Assembly: GCA_947632415.1 (NCBI GenBank)
Contig: CANRPB010000002.1
Coordinates: 1 to 56,064, forward strand
Reading direction: 5' to 3'
DNA from: an uncultured Bacilli bacterium
GTDB taxonomy: Bacteria; Bacillota_I; Bacilli_A; RF39; UBA660
Length of the DNA: 56,064 nucleotides
The first letter of the stretch is position 1; each line of letters begins with the position of its first letter. Positions 53,138 to 56,064 of the stretch are shown piece after piece. The translations under genes were made by a program, and so were the position numbers. Under the pieces are notes generated by a model that had not been told where the DNA came from, made no database searches, and saw nothing but the letters and a program-made list of their open reading frames with translations.

Positions 53138-53726
53138 CGTCCTCATCCTCCCAGTCTTCAGGCCAATAGTCTTTATCCTGTGTCTTATCAACCTGTTCCT
53201 CTTTATCCTTACCATTCGGGGTAAACTTTACTTCTTGGTTTACATTATCTTCCCCATTTTTAGGACCTCGTACAATGGTAATACTTACGTTGCTGTCTTC
53301 CTCATTCAGGTCAATTACCTTATCCCTGTTACGTTTCCATTTATCAAACTTCCTGTTATTCAACCATATAGCACATGCAGTAACATTCGGAGCAACTTCC
53401 TTTGTGGTTGTTTCTTTTAATACCTCAAATACTTCACCATTTACTATTTTCTTACCTAAGGTAACTTTAATTTCCTTTGTAGTATACCCCAATGCTGCTT
53501 TTAATAATGCATTCTCTACTTTATAGTCAACTAACTCCTTTGATGTATTTATCGCTTCTGCAATTTCAGGATATTTTTTTCTCCATTTACTTAATGTATA
53601 TCGGGCAACTCCAATTCGTTGGGCTATTTCTTCCATAAAACAACCATCCCTTGCCCAGGCTTTTATTAAGGTTAGACCATCCTCAGTTAACCAATAGTCT
53701 ACCTTTGATTCATTTTCCATTCCCAT
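53130..53726 (-). CDS. terS: Terminase small subunit
   Basis: N-terminal HTH WLTEDGLTLIKAWARDGCFMEEIAQRIGVARYTLSKWRKKYPE, oligomerisation-size core, acidic tail DWEDEDDD. Confidence 0.7.
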   Translation of the reverse strand: MGMENESKVDYWLTEDGLTLIKAWARDGCFMEEIAQRIGVARYTLSKWRKKYPEIAEAINTSKELVDYKVENALLKAALGYTTKEIKVTLGKKIVNGEVFEVLKETTTKEVAPNVTACAIWLNNRKFDKWKRNRDKVIDLNEEDSNVSITIVRGPKNGEDNVNQEVKFTPNGKDKEEQVDKTQDKDYWPEDWEDEDDD

Positions 53727-54146
53727 ATGTAAAACCTCCAGTCTAATAGTAGTTCAAAAGTGTGCAGTAAAATATTTTTTCCAAACTTTTTCAAATTTTA
53801 ACCTTTTTAGTTTATTTTTAATGATTTTCATGTAACCTTTTTGACAACGTATTTGCCCCATACACGTCCTCAAATTCTCGATATGAACAAACATACCACC
53901 AATTCCATTCAGGGGGCTATTTGGGGCTACTACGCATTCACACGCATATCCTGCGCACATACATCAAGCGAGAGGGCCTAATATATATTGGGGAGTAGGA
54001 TTTCTAGGAGTTATATAGTCTAAAAATTAAATAACGCGTGTTACCAAACTCATGTTATGTAACACATGTTATGGAATTATTTTATAACGGATGTTACGTA
54101 ACAGGTATTATATAATATTTGTTATATAACATATGTTATTTAATAA

Positions 54147-54209
54147 CCGCATAAAATGCACGATGTTATTTTATCGTGCAAATTATGTATTACATGTTAT
54201 TTTATGCGG
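54147..54209 (-). terminator. Nested hairpin terminator after the early genes
   Basis: Outer 11-bp arms CCGCATAAAAT (54147..54157) and ATTTTATGCGG (54199..54209); inner 7-bp arms GCACGAT and ATCGTGC; U-rich tail on the minus strand; starts 9 nt after the stop of 54218..54556. Confidence 0.5.
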
Positions 54210-54217
54210 ATTAAATA

Positions 54218-54556
54218 TCACATGTTATTAATAATATTTTCCACAAATTTCGGTAATTCAAATTGTACATCCAATATATCAAATATTCCCAATTGGATTG
54301 TATAACATGTGTTACATTCAATATTGATTAACAAATACACATCATTATCAACATCCGTATTAATTAATATTGTGTTATAATCGGTACAAAAACAATTATT
54401 AAATAATTTCCGTACGTGTTCCCGTATTTCATTTTTGTCATCATAATCATCGTCATACAACGAACATATCAACCGTCCGATATAATCGGTGTATGTTATT
54501 GTGTTTTCCGATTCCATAATTTTATTAATTACATTTCGCATATTTTTTTTGGTCAT
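54218..54556 (-). CDS. Early acidic protein (112 aa)
   Basis: GGGGGTAAAAAATC before the ATG; no motif. Confidence 0.55.
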   Translation of the reverse strand: MTKKNMRNVINKIMESENTITYTDYIGRLICSLYDDDYDDKNEIREHVRKLFNNCFCTDYNTILINTDVDNDVYLLINIECNTCYTIQLGIFDILDVQFELPKFVENIINNM

Positions 54557-54577
54557 GATTTTTTACCCCCATTTATT

Positions 54578-54835
54578 TTATTTTGACGCAATACAATGAT
54601 ACATATTTGATACATATTGTTTATTTGATTTATATTCCCGATACCATCCATGGTTTGCAATCAATCCATCATATATTTGTTTGTTTGCGATTGTATTTAT
54701 ATTGACGTTTTTCACACCATTATAAACACATTCCATCACATCATACATTTGATTTTTTTTCCGCAATGATTGCACATACGCAACGATATATTTTTTGGAA
54801 TATTGTATTTGTATTTCATAAAAATTCATTTTCAT
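54578..54835 (-). CDS. Early protein (85 aa from MKMNFYE)
   Basis: GGGGGTAAAAAA before the ATG. Confidence 0.5.
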   Translation of the reverse strand: MKMNFYEIQIQYSKKYIVAYVQSLRKKNQMYDVMECVYNGVKNVNINTIANKQIYDGLIANHGWYREYKSNKQYVSNMYHCIASK

Positions 54836-54851
54836 TTTTTTACCCCCGTTT

Positions 54852-55274
54852 TCATATTTCATTTATTTTTTTTATCAAATTTACAAACGTTGCAAAATTT
54901 TGAAACGGTACATCAACCATATCATCAATGTCCCATATTCGCATATCAATTTTTTCATCATCCCCGATAAAAAACGCAATACATTCCATGTATTCGACAT
55001 TATATATATATACCGTATCACATTCCATATTCCCCATGATAACCATGTTATCATTGGTATATCCCAATTCATCCAAAACGCATGACAATTCGTATTCATT
55101 ATATATTGCATTACCATTCGGCATTTTGACATAACAATCGTCCATACCGTCCGACGTCCACAATTCAAATGTTTCCGTGGATGTATTGTAAAAATCCCCA
55201 AAAAAATTCACATCCACCAATTCATCCAATATTTTGTTCAATTTTTCCATTTTTTCGAAATTTGTTTTTTCCAT
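54852..55274 (-). CDS. Early acidic protein (140 aa from MEKTNFEK)
   Basis: GGGGGGAAAATGAT before the ATG; highly acidic. Confidence 0.55.
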   Translation of the reverse strand: MEKTNFEKMEKLNKILDELVDVNFFGDFYNTSTETFELWTSDGMDDCYVKMPNGNAIYNEYELSCVLDELGYTNDNMVIMGNMECDTVYIYNVEYMECIAFFIGDDEKIDMRIWDIDDMVDVPFQNFATFVNLIKKINEI

Positions 55275-55294
55275 ATCATTTTCCCCCCGTATTT

Positions 55295-55795
55295 TTATTT
55301 TGTAAATTTTTGATACATGCCGTTTTGGGACACATATTCGTCCCATTTATATTGGGACATCGGGATAATATCAATCGATTTGGTTACGATCGTTCCACGA
55401 TTGTACAAACCATTATATTTACCAAAAACAACCGCATCATCCCGTACCGTTTCATCCATGTAAATTTCAATCGCGTTTTTTGTTTCCACAATGATTTTAA
55501 AATGATTAACAACCATACCCCCCGATAAATTTATTTTTTTCACATGATTTTCACCATTAATTTTTTCGTTAAATTCGTCCATGTTGTTATATTCGGAATA
55601 TACCCCGATAATTCCAACCATGATATCAAATTCCGATTCCGTCATTTCGACCACGTTTACAATGGCATCATCCCCGACGGAATTTGCAAACCGATTTTCC
55701 ATGGCCATTGTGGTTGACCAATCCAAATCGGATATATCCATGGTTACGGTCACGCATCCACACGTTTTCACGATGATTTGGTAAAAATGTTTCAT
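55295..55795 (-). CDS. Early acidic protein (166 aa), first gene after the junction region
   Basis: GGGGGAATGAAAA before the ATG; downstream of promoter 55854..55881. Confidence 0.6.
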   Translation of the reverse strand: MKHFYQIIVKTCGCVTVTMDISDLDWSTTMAMENRFANSVGDDAIVNVVEMTESEFDIMVGIIGVYSEYNNMDEFNEKINGENHVKKINLSGGMVVNHFKIIVETKNAIEIYMDETVRDDAVVFGKYNGLYNRGTIVTKSIDIIPMSQYKWDEYVSQNGMYQKFTK

Positions 55796-55853
55796 TTTTC
55801 ATTCCCCCATTCGGTTTTTGTTTTTAACGTTTTTTTTTTGATGGTACAATACC

Positions 55854-55881
55854 ATTATACCAAAATTCAACAATTCGTCAA
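55854..55881 (-). promoter_or_regulatory. Sigma-70-type early promoter TTGACG-N16-TGgTATAAT
   Basis: Minus strand reads TTGACGaattgttgaattttggTATAAT. Confidence 0.7.
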
Positions 55882-55987
55882 CAAAAATTGCAAAAATTTT
55901 TTGATTTTTTGCATTTTGGGCAAAATACATAAATATAACAAATGTTGTTTATGCATTTTTGTGTTTGTACCATATAATACAAAATGG

Positions 55988-56064
55988 GAATAAAAATACA
56001 TATGTTATTTTTCCCATCCAACCATAACACATATTACATAACATGCATTATTATAACACATGAT
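55988..56064. repeat. Terminal overlap, copy 2 (identical to 1..77)
   Basis: Same 77-mer as window start; assembler-style circular closure or terminal redundancy. Confidence 0.95.

Noticed and set aside
53754-53960. 68-aa minus-strand ORF upstream of terS
   Set aside because: It lies in the noncoding hub and spans the TGGGGC motifs and the G+C-rich patch. It has no credible RBS, and the Cys/Gly-rich N-terminus looks like translated regulatory DNA.
1-56064. Stop-codon reassignment, as seen in some gut phages carrying suppressor tRNAs
   Set aside because: Long genes (1019, 917, 751 and 526 aa) are uninterrupted in the standard code. The only clear tRNA has a sense anticodon (UUG, Gln). The single split gene (SleB-like) is a frameshift, not an in-frame stop.

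Overview
The window is one complete, circularly closed tailed-phage genome. Positions 1-77 are identical to 55988-56064, so the unique length is 55,987 bp. It is AT-rich: hand counts of ordinary 60-nt lines give 16-19 G+C. Every convincing gene (about 90 CDS plus 2 tRNA-type genes) lies on the minus strand.

Gene order in the direction of transcription:
- A ~1-kb gene-free, repeat-dense junction (55796-56064 joined to 1-813).
- Four small acidic early genes (55795->54218).
- A palindrome-rich regulatory hub.
- terS, then a PBSX-like tail-fibre cassette, then terL.
- A lysis cassette (two holin-like genes plus a GH24+M15 endolysin).
- Portal, Mu-F-like head protein, GP20-type scaffold, gpD-like and gpE-like capsid genes.
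- Connectors, tail tube, chaperones, a 1019-aa tape measure, and Dit/Tal/fibre genes.
- An accessory island of low-complexity, membrane and Cys-rich proteins with a sigma-region-4 regulator (29472->25125).
- tRNA-Gln plus an aberrant tRNA-like gene.
- A replication, recombination and nucleotide-metabolism module.
- Small unknown genes, including a frameshifted SleB-type hydrolase.

No integrase, repressor, reverse transcriptase or CRISPR array was seen.

Most interesting candidates:
1. 17248-21317: a T4-style pyrimidine-modification gene set. It contains a ThyA-fold enzyme with Asp at the base-specificity position, ThyX, a dUTPase/MazG-like NTPase and a dNMP kinase. It also contains two tandem, highly diverged paralogs that still look thymidylate-synthase-like. 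This suggests non-canonical, possibly novel, DNA base chemistry.
2. 25125-29472: an island encoding a BclA-C-terminal-like protein and a 297-aa Gly/Asn/Gln/Cys-rich membrane protein. Its compositionally odd partners resemble spore-surface proteins more than phage proteins.
3. Two synteny breaks: a fibre cassette between terS and terL, and a lysis cassette between terL and portal.
4. A dense noncoding grammar: CACGTG palindromes, a CTTCTGTTAT iteron array, GTTAT/ATAAC palindromes, a TGGGGC motif, and eleven near-consensus sigma-70 promoters, none of them in front of terS.

All functional calls come from motif recognition by eye. No searches were run.
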